Below are positions 1-12,484 of a stretch of DNA of 64,000 nt, piece by piece. Under the pieces are notes generated by a model, which did no database searches, was not told the origin of the DNA, and worked only from the letters and a program-made list of their open reading frames with translations. Each line of letters starts with the position of its first letter. Positions within the stretch are counted from its first letter, which is position 1. A program made the translations under genes and the position numbers. The DNA comes from Pristiophorus japonicus (Eukaryota): assembly GCF_044704955.1 (NCBI RefSeq), contig NC_091982.1, forward strand, positions 28,582,001 through 28,646,000, written 5' to 3'.

Positions 1-2009
1 AGGTAAATTGGACCCTTGGGGTCCCTGACTCTCCCTCTTCCAGATGTTGTGTGCTTGAGCTGCCTTGACGCTCGTCCACATGATCCTCCTCCACCGTGGT
101 CTCCTCTCCGGTGGTGAGTACCTATTGTCGCAGTAAGGGTGCCGCTCCAGGGGGCTCCTCAGGTCTCCGATGCTCTTGGGCAACTGGAAAACGTTATGGC
201 TCTGAAATTCCGACTTGACCTTCCCACGGGCATTTTAGGGAAAAAATCTGCACTTACCTGAAGCTGCTGCCCATGTCTGAACTTCCGAGTCTGTGGCCTG
301 CCCTGAGTGCGAGCATGCACGTGGGGACGTGCGCAATGCTGGAGCTGGCGTCACATGGCTCTGGGCAGCCAATCAGGTAAGGTATTATAGTAATAGGAGT
401 TCCGCAGGGTCCTAAACTCCTATTATTATGATTGTGATAGATCCAAAACACCCCAAACACAGCCCCAAACACCCAAAACAAGTAATAAAGAATAGAAAAT
501 AATTACACTACATTCATTTAAATTAAAGTTATTAATGTCTGAAAAAAAATAATTTCCCAATTTTTAAAAACTTAAAAAAAAAACTTACCATTGTGGGGAG
601 GGTTTTTAATGATGATATATGTTTTAATAACTTTAATTTTAGATGTTTTTGTTTTCTAAAATACTTGCATCTGTAAAAGTAGGTTATGCGCCTGCTTTTT
701 CAGCTGCAAGATTTTTGAGGACATTTGTAAGCGTAAATATCAGAAATTTACACTTACAAGTGTCCCCGCTCCCGATCTGGCTACGATCTGTCAAGCCAGA
801 AACTTGACAGATCAGAAATGCTGGTTTCCAGCGCTCGCGCACTGCGCGCTGGAAATCAGCATTTCCGATGCCTTCCTGGGTCCATAGGAACTCTGTACTG
901 ACCCGGGGAGGCCGGAATTTCAAGGCCAATATGAGAGTTAGTAGCAGGGGAGGAGAGGGCCAGGGTGACATGAGAACGTTTACGCTGCACAGGCATATGT
1001 AGAGGAGCAACACTACTGCATTAGATATCACCGAGAGACAATACATTTAATTAACATGAACAGAATGTACAGAAACCGCATGGCATTATATTCAGATTTC
1101 AACATCCCAGCATTACATTACATTACATTACATCATTCATACATTATACTCAAATAGCATTAAATTACATGACCGACTGCTGCTCGGTCCGGGGGTTATG
1201 TATGACTTACCTACTGCCACAACCGGATCTGCACCACCACGGGTGGCCAAACGATTATGTACACCTACAAGGGCTGTGGCCCTCTCCTCCCGTGTGCCAA
1301 CGCTCGGCGTGGTTGGAAGATATCTCCTTCTGCAAAGATGACAAGAGCATGGTATAAGCTAATTGCCCAGGCACTAGGATAGACACACAGATAGACATAC
1401 ACAATTAGCCATTCCCAATGCTTTTCATCAACGTCCCATTAATGTTATTTGACGTTTGATAGTTTATTTACAATTTGAAATCTCTTCCCAATGGATATTG
1501 AGGAGGAAGGAATGCAGGACGCAATTGATGCATGATGAACACATCTAAGTTCAGAAAAGCAATGTAATAAGATTGTGGATAGGAAATAATGCATGACACC
1601 AAGCTTATCCAGCTTGCCAAGCTTAATTACAATCTGGCAGACTTAGATTTTAAGTAATGAGTCAGTGCATGATTAAAATTATTCAAGTTAGTAAAGTTAT
1701 TAAAGTTAGTACTTACTCTCGCAGACGCAATGAGGTCGTTCCAGCGCTTGCAGCACTGGCTTGGCTCTCGAAAGTCAAGTGCAGCCGACGATACCACCTC
1801 CGCAATCTCCGCCCATATGTGTTGGTACACCTTGGGGGGGGTGATTGCCCACGCCCATCCTGGGTCAATTGGGTCCACCATGTCTCCACCTCGTGGACCA
1901 AGGCAGATTGGGCCTCGTCCAAAAAATGTTTGGCCCTCTTCCTCACTCCCACCTCAGCTACCTCAGCCACCTCAGACAAGTCCTGCATTCCTTCCTCCTC
2001 AATATCCAT
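1..2009 (-). pseudogene. Harbinger Myb/SANT-like ORF2 (NAIF1-like), three exons: 2009-1717, 1329-1211, 183 to window start
   Basis: RKRAKHF...LVHEVE...IWAEIAEVVS...QCCKRWNDLIASAR followed by GTAAGT; acceptor TTTGCAG then KEISSNHAERWHTGG; donor GTAAGT at 1210; acceptor TTTTCCAG at 184-185 then an acidic region. Frameshift in the G-run near 1835 and a stop in exon 3. Confidence 0.85.
198..927. mobile_element. Non-autonomous Harbinger-type element (MITE) in intron 2 of the Myb gene
   Basis: Ends GGCTCTGAAATTCCG ... CCGGAATTTCAAGGCC are imperfect inverted repeats; flanks TAT/AAT; no coding capacity. Confidence 0.75.
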
Positions 2010-2056
2010 TGGGAAGAGATTTCAAATTGTAAATAAACTATCAGATGTCAATTAAC
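1444..2056. repeat. 77-bp inverted repeat (1444-1520 / 1980-2056)
   Basis: Arms match at 74/77 positions; 1457-1520 is a perfect reverse complement of 1980-2043. Confidence 0.95.
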
Positions 2057-2102
2057 CTACTCAGCCTATCTCCTCTTGCTCTATCTGTTTGTCTCTCTGT
2101 GA

Positions 2103-2520
2103 GGCATGGCAGATGCAGTATAATGTGGATAAATGTGAGGTTATCCACTTTGGTGGCAAAAACACAAAGGCAGAATATTATCTGAATGGCGGCAGATTAG
2201 GAAAAGGGGAGGTGCAATGAGACCTGGGTGTCTTGGTTCATCAGTCATTGAAAGTTGGCATGCAGGTACAAACAGGCGGTAAAGAAGGCAAATGGTATGT
2301 TGGCCTTCATAGCTAGGGGATTTGAGTACAGGAGCAGGGAGTTCTTACGGCAGTTGTACAGGGCCTTAGTGAGGCCTCACCTGGAATATTGTGTTCAGTT
2401 TTTGTCTCTTCATCTGAGGAAGGACATTCTTGCTATTGAGGGAGTGCAGCGAAGGTTCACCAGACTGATTCCAGGGATGGCTGGACTGTCATATGAGGAG
2501 AGACTGGATTAACTGGGCCT
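2103..2520 (+). mobile_element. CR1 LINE ORF2 fragment
   Basis: QAVKKANGMLAFIARGFEYRS...LYRALVRPHLEYCVQF; near-identical to part of 28878-30214. Confidence 0.95.
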
Positions 2521-3770
2521 GCAGTCCGAAAAACAACCATTCACCACTACTCTCTGTTTCCTGTCACTCAGCCAATTTCATATCCATGCTGCCAATGTCC
2601 CTTTTATGCCATAGGCTTCAACTTTGCTGGCAAGCCTATTATATGGCACTTTATCAAACGCCTTTTGGAAGTCCACATCAACCGCATTGCCCTCATCAAC
2701 CCTCTCTGTTACTTCATCAAAATACTCAATCAAGGTAGTTAAACTCAACTTGGTGACTCCTTGTGATTTATCTACTTTAAACTCAATTTGCCTTCACCAA
2801 ATTCATGCTGGTTTTCCTTAATTACTCCACACTTGTCCAAGTGACTGTTAATTTTGTCCCTGATTATTGTATGAAAAAGCTTCCCCACTACTAAGATTAA
2901 ACTGACTGGTCTTTAATTGCTGGGTTTAACCTTACACCCTTTTTTGAACAAGGGTGTACATTTGCAATTCTCCAGTCCTCTGGCAACACCCCCCATATCT
3001 AAGGAGGATTGTAAGATTATAGTCAGTACCTCCACAATTGCCACCCTTACCTCCTTCAATATCCTAGCAAAAATCACATCAGGCCCTGGTGATTTATCTA
3101 CTTTAATTACATTTAACCTTTCTATTACATCCTCTTTTTCAATTTTTATCTCATCCAGTATCTCAACTACATACACTTTCACTATATTGGCTCCTGTTTA
3201 AGCAACGCCTCGATTTCAAAATTCTCATCCTTGTTTACTAATCTCTCCATGGCCTCGCCCCTCCCTATCTCTGTAATCTCCTTCAGCCTCACAACCCCCG
3301 AGATATCTGCGCTCCTCAAATTCTGCCCTCTTGAGCATCCCTGATTATAAATTGCTCAACCATCGGCGGACGTGCCTTCAGCTGCCTGGGCCCTAAGCTC
3401 TGGAACTCCCTCAGTAAATCGTCACCTCTCGACCTCTCTTTCTTCCTTTAAGACACTCCTTAAAACCTGCCTCTTTGAGCAAGCTTTTGCCCATCTGTAG
3501 TTTCTTTTTATGTGGCTTGGTGCCAAATTTTTGACTTCTAACACTCCTGTGAAGCATCTTGGGACAGTTTACTATGTTAAAGGCGCTATATAAACACATG
3601 TTGCTATTGTTGTTGTTGACTTTGGCAGCATCTTCTTCCTTGGTAAAGACAGATGCAAAGTACTCATTTAGTACCTCCACCATGCCCTCTGCCTCCATGC
3701 TTAGGTCTTCCTTTTGGTCCCTAATCGGCCCCACCCCTCCTCTTACTATCTGTTTATTATTTATTTGACT
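2521..3770 (-). mobile_element. CR1 LINE ORF2 fragments (older subfamily), interrupted by an L2 fragment
   Basis: KVDKSPGPD...ARILKE, PLFKKG, VLNEYFASVFTKEE and a DFQKAFDKVP-like segment on the minus strand. Confidence 0.85.
3190..3617 (+). mobile_element. L2 LINE 3' end
   Basis: FKILILVY.SLHG and GRAFS.LGPKLWNSL motifs; AAAGGCGCTATATAAA followed by a (TTG)n tail; similar to 31219-31697. Confidence 0.85.
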
Positions 3771-5170
3771 ATCCTCATCATCATCATAGGCAGTCACTCG
3801 GGATCGAGGAAGACTTGCTTCCACTCCTGAAGTGAGTTCTTTGGTGGCTGAACAGTCCAATACGAGAGCCACAGACTCTGTCACAGGTGGGACAGATAGT
3901 CGTTGAGGGATGGGGTGGGTGGGACTGATTTGCCGCATGCTCTTTCCGCTGCCTGCGCTTGATTTCTGCATGCTCTTGGCGTTGAGACTCGAGGTGCTCA
4001 GCGGCCTCTTGAATGCATTTCCTCCACTTAGGGCGGTCTTGAGCTAGGGAATCCCAGGTGTCAGTGGGGATGCCGCACTTTATCAGGGAGGCTTTGAGGG
4101 TGTCCTTGCAGCGTTTCCACTGACCACCTTTGGCTCATTTGCCATGAAGGAGCTCTGAGTAGAGCACTTGCTTTGGGAGTCTCGTGTCTGGCATGCAGAC
4201 TATGTGGCCTGCCCAGCGGAGCTGATCAAGTGTGGTCAGTGCTTCAATGCTGGGGATGTTAGCCTAGATGAGGGCGCTGATGTTGGTGCATCTGTCCTCC
4301 CAGGGGATTTGTAGGATCTTGCGGAGACATCATTGGTGATATTTCTCCAGCTACTTGAGGTGTCTTCTGTACATGGTCCATGTCTCTGAGCCATACAGGA
4401 GGGTGGGTATTACTACAGCCCTGTAGACCATGAGCTTGGTGGCAGTTTTGACGGCCTGGTCTTCAAACACTCTTTTCCTTCGGCTGCACTGGAGGCGGTG
4501 TTGGATCTGGGCTTGCTCTTGTTGATAGGAGGCTCCCGAGATATGGGAAGTGGTCCATGGTGTCCACGGCCGCGCCGTGGATTTTGATGACTTGGGGGCA
4601 GTGCTGTGAGGACAGGCTGGTGGAGGACCTTTGTATTACGGATGTTTAACGTGAGGCCCATGCTTTTGTACGCCTCAGTAAATACGTCGGCTATGTCCTG
4701 GAGTGCAGCCTTTGTATGTGCGCAAACGCAGGCGTCGTCCAAGTACTGTAGCTCGATGGCAGAGGTTGGGTTGGTCTTGGACCTGGCGTGGAGACGGCGC
4801 AGGTTGAACAGGTTCCCTCTGGTTCTGTAGTTTAGTTCCACGCCAGAGGGGAGCTTGTTGACTGTGATGTGCAGCATGGCGGTGAGAAAGATTGAGAAGA
4901 GGGTTGAGGCGATGACGCAGCCCTGTTTGACCCCGGTCTGGACGTGAATTGGGTCTGTGTTGGATCCGTTGATAAGGATCATGGCCTGCATGTCATTGTG
5001 GAGCAGGCGGAGGATGGTGACGAACTTTTGGGGGCATCCAAAACGGAGGAGGACGCTCCATAGACCCTTGCAGTTGACAGTGTCAGAGGCCTTTGTAAGG
5101 TCGAAGAAGTCTATGTATAAGGGCTGGCGCTGTTCCCTGCATTTTTACTATAGCTGTCATGCTGCAAAAA
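3771..5170 (-). mobile_element. RTE-clade LINE, 5'-truncated (RT domain to 3' end)
   Basis: TGVKQGCVIA.TLFSIF, ELQYLDD and GLTLNI motifs; (TGA)n tail at 3771-3787. Confidence 0.95.
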
Positions 5171-5211
5171 TATTTGCCTATAGAAGACTTTAGAAATCCC
5201 TTTTATTTTAA

Positions 5212-5597
5212 CTGAACACAAAAATCCAGGCTAACACTTCTGTGCAGTACTGAGGGAGTGATGCATTGTTGGAGATGCCGTCTTTTGGATGAGACATTAA
5301 ACCGAGGCCCTGTCTGCTCTCTCGGGTGGACGTAAAAGATCCCATGGCACTATTTTGAAGAAGAGGGGTGCTATCATCGGTGAACTGACCAATTTTATCC
5401 CTCAATCAACATTACTAAAAAACAGATTATCTGGTCATTATCACATTGCTGTTTGTGGGAGCTGCTGTGTGCAATTTGGCTGCCGAGTTTCCTACATTAC
5501 AACAGTAACTGCACGTCAAAAAGTACTTCATTGGCTGTAAAGCACTTTGGTACATCCGGTAGTCATGAAAGGTGCTATATAAATGCAAGTCTTCCTT
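5212..5597 (+). mobile_element. Deu-domain SINE (SacSINE1/AmnSINE1-like), 5'-truncated
   Basis: GATGAGACATTAAACCGAGG...AAAGATCCCATGGCAC core and L2-like tail AAAGGTGCTATATAAATGCAAG; several copies in the window. Confidence 0.8.
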
Positions 5598-6944
5598 ATT
5601 CTTTTATGTGATTCATCTGGTGGGTCAATGTCAGGAAGGGTTGGCTCTTTTTTGTACTGCCTACATTAGGTGGGAAGCTATGATTATTCTTAAAAATTAA
5701 TAAAGCTCTAACAATACTTTCCTACTAAATAATAGTGACTACATTTCAAAAGTAATTTATTGGCTGTAAAGGACCGAGGATATGAACAGCAACATACAAA
5801 TGTAAGTTCTTTCTTTCCTCCATATATGCCAAGCAAGTGAGATTCTCAAAGGAATTCTCACATAGATTTTTATCAGAGCAATGAAAAATATCTATCAAAA
5901 ATCCAGGCAAAGAAAATCCAGAAAGAAAACATTTAGAAACTCAGCTCTTATAAATCTACTCTTAAAATCACTTTTGAAAGTAATCATAGAACACATGCAG
6001 CTGGTTCCCCTGTAAGCTAGTTCCCATCCGCCCTGAATCAATCTAGTCCTCAATATCTGTTTATTGTTTATATGGGCAAACTGCACATATATTGCGGAAT
6101 CACACTTGTGGTCATTATACTAAAATTACCAAGTATTTTAATATTTAAACAGACACTCACACATTTTGTGTGGAAGCACTTTAGGTCAGCCTAAGAGTGC
6201 CTAAATCTCTTTCTATGTAGCGCTACTGAAATTAGTTACATGGAAATGTAAGGAATTTGATGTTTTCTGACAGCTGCTTTGATTAAAGGGATTGGAATAC
6301 ACTAGCCTAAAAGCACATCAGCATGACATTTATTTAAAAACAAAAGAAATGTTTGTAAAGAAAACACTACCTAAAATTAACTGTCTTTTCCTCTTTCAGA
6401 CACTGACAGCTGTGGGCATTTGTCACATTTTCTATCAAAAGCGATGATTTTGATGAGGGCTGTCAATTATTCACAGTTAACTTCTGCGATTAACACGCTA
6501 AATCTTTTTGCCGATAATTTTTTTTAAGGCATTCCCACACAAAGCCTATGATTGACACTTGAGTCCACAGCAGGGGAAATGTGAGGCAAAATGGTGCAGT
6601 GATGTGATGTAAGTGATGCCCGCAGTGGAGCCGCGTGGGTTTGATATGGCCCAGAGAATGGGTACAATATCCCACGCGCTAAGTACCATTCCCATTGCCA
6701 GCATCGCCGGGGGCAACGGGCCTTGCATTTGTGTGAACGGAGCCATCGTCCACAAAGTAGACACCAGGTGATTGAGGCCTCGCTCAATCTGATGAATCTG
6801 GGTACTAAGGGGGCGTGGGGGCGTGGGAGGGGGCTCCAGATACACGGAATCCGCGATATGGGACTGGGAACTGGGCTGAAGGGGAGGCAGAATCGTGGGT
6901 GGCTTCATTTCCTTCCAGTATTCTTTTCCTTGCTTCTTTAATTA

Positions 6945-7680
6945 ATGTACTCTGGGTAAATGAACAAAGGGATCTGGGGGTACAGATGCACAAATCACTA
7001 AAAGTAGTGACACAAGTTAATAAGGCCATAAAAAACAAACAATGCACTGGAGTTCATTTCTAGAGGGATAGAATTGAAATGCAGAGAAGTTCTGTTAAAC
7101 TTGTATAGAACATTGGTTAGACCATACTGGGAGTACTATGCACAGTTCTGGGCTGCATATTTTAAAAATTATATAGAAGCACTGGTTAAATTGCAAAAAA
7201 GATTTACTAGGAGGATACCAGAATTGAGAGGCTATAACTCTCAGGAAAAATTGAATAGACTGGGCTCTTTTCTCTAGAAACAAGAAGGCTTAGTGGTGAC
7301 CTGATAGAGCTCTTTAAGATTATGAAAGGGTTTGATAGGGTAGACGTAGAGAAGATGTTTCCACTCTTGGGAAGACCAAAAGTAAGGGACATAAATATAA
7401 GATAGTCAGTCATCAATCGATTAGGGAATTCAGGAGAAACTTCATTACCCAAGACTGGTTAGAATGTGGAACTTGCTACCACAAGAAGTAGTTGAGATGA
7501 ATAGCATAGGCACATTTAAGCAGAAGCTAGATAGACACATGAGGAAGAAAGAAATAGAAGGTTATTTTGATGGGGTTAGATGAAATAGGGTGAGAGGAGG
7601 CTGGTGTGGAGCATGAACACCAGCATGGACCAGTTACACTGAATGGCCAGTTTCTGTGCTATACATTCAATGTAATTCTA
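6945..7680 (+). mobile_element. CR1 LINE 3' portion
   Basis: LYRTLVRPYWEYYAQFW...QKRFTRRIPEL and a CR1-type 3' UTR. Confidence 0.9.
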
Positions 7681-7795
7681 CATTAAAAGTCTTTTCATGT
7701 CATCGTTGTTGTGGGACGGGCATCATCTTCTGGTTACGACGAGGACACCACTGTGCACCAGGGAGCCGCTGAGGTTTGTGGCAGTAAATCACCAC

Positions 7796-8023
7796 AGGGT
7801 AGAGCTTCCGCTTTGGGCGCAATCGGCAAATTGTGCCCCAGATTGCACTTGTTTTGAAAAGTGTTTTTTCTCAATATGCCGGTCAAATTCATTTGCATAT
7901 CGCCGAACGTAAAACTTGATTTGTGATGAATGCAATTTTTGCTTAAAATCCCGTGACCTTTTACGCCAGTTTTCGGCGAATTATGGCTAAAAACCCAGCA
8001 GAACTGAGTGGAAACTCCAACCC
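7796..8023. mobile_element. Short Harbinger-type MITE
   Basis: AGGGTAGAGCTTCC ... GGAAACTCCAACCC; flanks CAC/CGC; 5' end similar to the element starting at 25708. Confidence 0.65.
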
Positions 8024-8824
8024 CGCAGATTTAACTGTCAACGTTGGACTTCTCCAGATCCAGAACCAGTTTAGAAGCGCTGCTTTATAGAATTTCTAAA
8101 CTACTTGTGAAAATCACCCATTGGTAGCTCAATTGTGCATATATCTGGTTCTTGTGTAGTAAAATTTGCCAAAGCTGTGGATATGAAGATGGGGAGGTGT
8201 TGCTGAAGCTGGGAAGATGCTTGGAATATCGAGTGTTGTAATTCCAGATCATTGGTTTCCTTGAAGTGCTTCTAGTCTCTTCTAGTAACCTAGCATCTCT
8301 CCCTGTCAGAGATTACCTGTACAAGTTAAGAATTGCATCTGAACCTTCTCAGTTATAACTTTTGTTTCTACTATGGCAAGATTTGAAAATATTATTTTCT
8401 GAGATGATAGAATCATCAGTATGCATAGAAATATTTGTTGGTCTGCTCTGTGGATGGAGATGTATTTTTCTCCTGATTGATCAAGTTCCCAGAGTATCAA
8501 TTTTCAAGGAGATAGTATCTTGAAGGGCAAACAATTGCTCCAGGCTTCTACAGACAGTCCGATAGTGTTACGGAACATTCAGGTACATTTGAAGCCCCAT
8601 TCCCAAAAATATACAATTGACTGAATTTATTGTGTGAAAGCTGATGTATTGTGAAAACTTGTGCAAAGAATTACATTGGGTATCAGTAATAAAACAAACT
8701 TGAATGAAAGGCATGCAGTAATTGTATCGACTCAATATGCAATTTAAACCAAGATTAACTGAGATTAAAATGTTTAATTGTGAGATTAATTGCGATGAAT
8801 TATTTTAATCGCTTAACAGCCCTA

Positions 8825-9537
8825 ATTTTAACCCTACCTGCCTGGCGCAAACTGGAAGGGTGGGCAATGATAAAGTTACTTACCTGCCAGAAAGCCACCT
8901 GGACCCATCAATGGTGATTTTTACTCAGGCTTTTAGATGGACAGCTAAACGCCTACCCAATGATAAGTATGCAGATTGGGGTTCAATGATGTCATCAGGT
9001 TCCGGCTTCAATATTAACACAAGCCTAGGCGGAGAAATTGCCATGGCTTTCGCTCAGGGCTGAAGAGAGGTGGGACCTGTTGGGAACATGAAGAGGGTAA
9101 TTTTAAGTTTTGGAATCGCTGAGGGTGGGGGCGGGGGCTCCGTAGCGTACGGATAACACGACAGTCCGGGTCTCCCCGCACACTTTGTTTTAACTTTACA
9201 GCATGCGTGTGATGTCACTGATAGGTTCCCTTCAGAAGTCAGCCTGGTTGACAGGCTTGGCTTACAGTCGGGCAGGGATCGCTGGAGAAGAGACCGCAGC
9301 CCAATCCCATGACCTCGGGCAGGATCTGGGGGTGCTTGGGGGGCCCGGGGGAAGTATTGCTGCTCCTCCCGGCCTACAAGGAGTGCTGCCCGAGGCTGTC
9401 CATGCCTCGCTACAGCTGCCAGGATTCCCGAGGCCCTACAAAGCAGGTTAAATCCAAGGCTCCCAGCCTCATTATTATATCTAAAGTGCCTGCCTGTCCC
9501 TGCCTGCCCCCTGTCCCGGCTCCATTAAAATCATAAG
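8825..9537. mobile_element. Non-autonomous DNA element whose left end appears split by the hAT insertion
   Basis: Right end ATTAAAATCAT is the inverse of ATGATTTT(G/A)A, which is reconstituted by removing 6455-8824; GC-rich body. Confidence 0.45.
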
Positions 9538-11141
9538 ACGGCCTTTGGGATAGCAGACTATAGACAAATGTTGACCATGTCAAAAGCATTGAGTTGAGAC
9601 CCTTCTTTTCAAGTCGTGTTGGTGCAAATTTTTTAATGAATTTATTTCTACTCTAAAGACCACAACATTAAGTGGCCACATTTAATTGAGTGCTTAGTCA
9701 ATGTATTAGAAGAATTGATGTTTCCTCAGTGGTGTTAGAGAGTGGCAGATTTATTATTTACAGACAGGGCTGAAGGTTTGGAATAGCTAACTATTTGGTT
9801 CTATTGTGGTGCCTATAAAAAGTGGGAAATGTGGCTCACGAGGTAGGAATATGCATATGTTTTGTGTTGTGAATATTTTAAAAACATATCCTGATGTTAT
9901 TTTCTTAGAATTTGGCATACACATGTTGAAATGAAACTATTGGGAGGGCAGGAGCATTGCCAAATCTCTGCTATATGCAATAAGCCAAGAATATTTCTTG
10001 CATGTAGCTGTACCTTTAAATAGACTGAACTCCTATTTCCTAATGTTTTGCACATTCTGTTTAACCTTATGCCTCATTTAATTTGCTAAATGACAAATTG
10101 CTTTTTCTTCCAGTGGTATAAGTTTATATTCATTAACGGCCCAAAATTCTGGGGCCCTTGCTCCACTGTTGGAAGTGCGCCAGAGCGGGAGCCCCAGCTA
10201 CCTGCAGGAGAGAATGTGAACCAAGTCCCAAAGCCCAGGAATGGTCAACATTTGTTTATAGTCTGCGACCCCAAGGGCCATCACCTTCAATAAGATTATT
10301 GGGATTGGTGACCTATGCCTGTACAGGCACAACTGAGTCACCGAACTGACTGCCTGATAGAAAACCAGAGCAACACCATCCACTCTGAAGGTGGGGGGGG
10401 GGGGGTGCGTCAAAGTCCTGAATTGGGCCAAAGACTGATTGGAAAAAAAAATCATATTTCCTCTGAAAGGAACCAGAAAGCTGAATTCTCAGAAAATTGA
10501 TCCCCTCTAGGATCAATTACCTTTGTCAGGAAAACTGTTTTGAGCTTTAAAGGGCGGCCCAAAATGACTTCCACTGGATGCATAGAGGGCTTATTGATTG
10601 GAAATGTTGGGATAGTCCGAGAAAGTCCCTACACACCCCCCTCAAATCTCAGATAGATTTATAGGCACCAGGCAGAAGACTGCCCCCTCCCCTATAAGCT
10701 AATCTCTTTACTCAATTAAATGATTCCTTGTGGTTCATGTTCGAGTGTATTGTCCAAATGCAAGTTTATTACTCAGACACCAATAATATAATAACTATTA
10801 TGGTTATACAATAGGCTCATATCACCTGGTTTCAGATCCAAGGTGATCAAGCTTGGCCTCCGCATGTGTTGGACTGTCTCATGAGCTCTCACTACCTGTA
10901 TTTTTTTGTTTTCCTCGTTTTACCCATCGTCACATGTTCAAAAAACTATCCTTAAAGTATCCTCCCCTTTAGCGTGAGTCATATCACATGATGCCCAGAA
11001 TGTATATTGATCCTGACATAATGACCATATTGATGGTTTAACTGCTAATCAATGTAAACTCAAACCTGCCTTGACATTACAAAAGGAACAGGAGACGACT
11101 TGGACATTGCCTGATAGTTAATGTGACACTGCTACATGTTA

Positions 11142-11278
11142 CAAAAGCCAAATATCGTGGATGCTGGAATCTGAAACAAAAACAGAAAATGCTGGAAATC
11201 TCAGCGGGTCAGGCAGCATCTGTGGAGATAAACAGAGTTAACATTTCAGGTCGATGACCCTTCATCAAACCAGTTATT
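11142..11278 (-). mobile_element. Penelope-like pLTR fragment with degenerate hammerhead ribozyme core
   Basis: Minus strand TTGATGAAGGGTCATCGACCTGAAATGTTAAC...CAGATGCTGCCTGACC; flanked by a 14-bp duplication ACTGC(T/C)ACATGTTA (11128-11141, 11279-11292). Confidence 0.7.
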
Positions 11279-11363
11279 ACTGCCACATGTTAGCTTGGGT
11301 GCTTCCATTGTTCTCGCCAATCTGATATTAGCACCTCACATGGCATGTAGCTAACCTATCGGC

Positions 11364-12484
11364 TTGTTGCTCACCCTCAGTAAGCTCCCTGCTGGAGTGG
11401 AGCAAATCTACAGAACAAACGGGAAATCGTTCAACCTCCGTCGCCTCCAGTCCACATCCAAGGTCGTCCCATCCTCTGTCATTGAATTACAGTACGCAGA
11501 CGACACTTGTGTTTGCGCACACTCGGGGGTCGAACTCCAAACCATTGTCAACACCTTCACCAAAGTGTACGAGAGTATGGGCCTTACACTAAACATCTGT
11601 AAGACAAAGGTTCTCTACCAACCTGCCCCCACCACACAGTACTGCCCCCCCACGATTATTAAGATCCATGATGAGGCGTTGGACAACGTGGACCATTTTG
11701 CATACCTTGGGCAGACGTTGATGACAAAGTCCAACACTGCCTTCAGTGTGCCAGTACAGCCTTCGATCGCCTGAGGAAGAGAGTGTTTGAAGAACAGAAC
11801 CTCAAACCCGGCACCAAGCTTATCATCTACAGAGCAGTAGTGATACCCACCCTCCTATATGCTTCATGGACATGGACCATATACAGCAGACACCTCAGAG
11901 CACTGGAGAAGTACCACCAACATTGCCTCTGCAAGATCCTGAAAATCCATTGGCAGGATAGGCGCACCAATGTCAGTGTTCTCGCTCAGGCCAACATCCC
12001 CAGCATCGAAGCACTGACCATGCTCGATCAGCTCCAATGGATGGACTACATTGTCCGCATGCCCGATACTAGATTTCTAAAACAAGCGCGCTACTCAGAG
12101 CTCCGAAACGACAAGCGAGTTCCAGGTGGGCAGAGGAAATGCTTCAAGGGCACTCTCAAAGCCTCCTTGCAAATATATAACATTCCCACTGACACCTGGG
12201 AATCCCTGGCCCAAGACCGCTCAAAGTGGAGGAGAAGCATCCGGGAAGGCACCCAACACCTCGAGTCCCTTCGCTGGGAGCACGCGGAAGCCACGCGCAA
12301 ACAACGGAAGAAGCGCACAACATCCCAAGCACCCCATCCACCCGACCCTCCAAATACCATCTGCCCCACCTGTAACAGAGACGGTAGGTCCCATATTGGA
12401 CTCATCAGTCACCTGAGAACTCATATTAGTGTGGAAGCAAGTCATCCTCAACTCCGAGGGACTGCCTAAGAGAGAGAGAGAGAC
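11364..12484 (+). mobile_element. RTE-clade LINE, 5'-truncated
   Basis: ELQYADD, YRAVVIPTLLY and C-terminal CPTCNR...GLISHLRTH; (GA)n tail. Confidence 0.95.

Larger units (their letters stand above)
6455..8824 (+). mobile_element. Decayed hAT DNA transposon with nested CR1 and MITE
   Basis: TIRs GAGGGCTGTCAA ... TTAACAGCCCTA; subterminal GCGATTAA/TTAATCGC-like motifs; 8-bp flanks ATTTTGAT/ATTTTAAC (6/8); faint transposase-like traces (SSVVIP) near 8230. Confidence 0.7.

Noticed and set aside
7891-7898. Octamer ATTTGCAT in MITEs (also 28084-28091)
   Set aside because: An 8-mer within related repeats, with no evidence of function from sequence alone.
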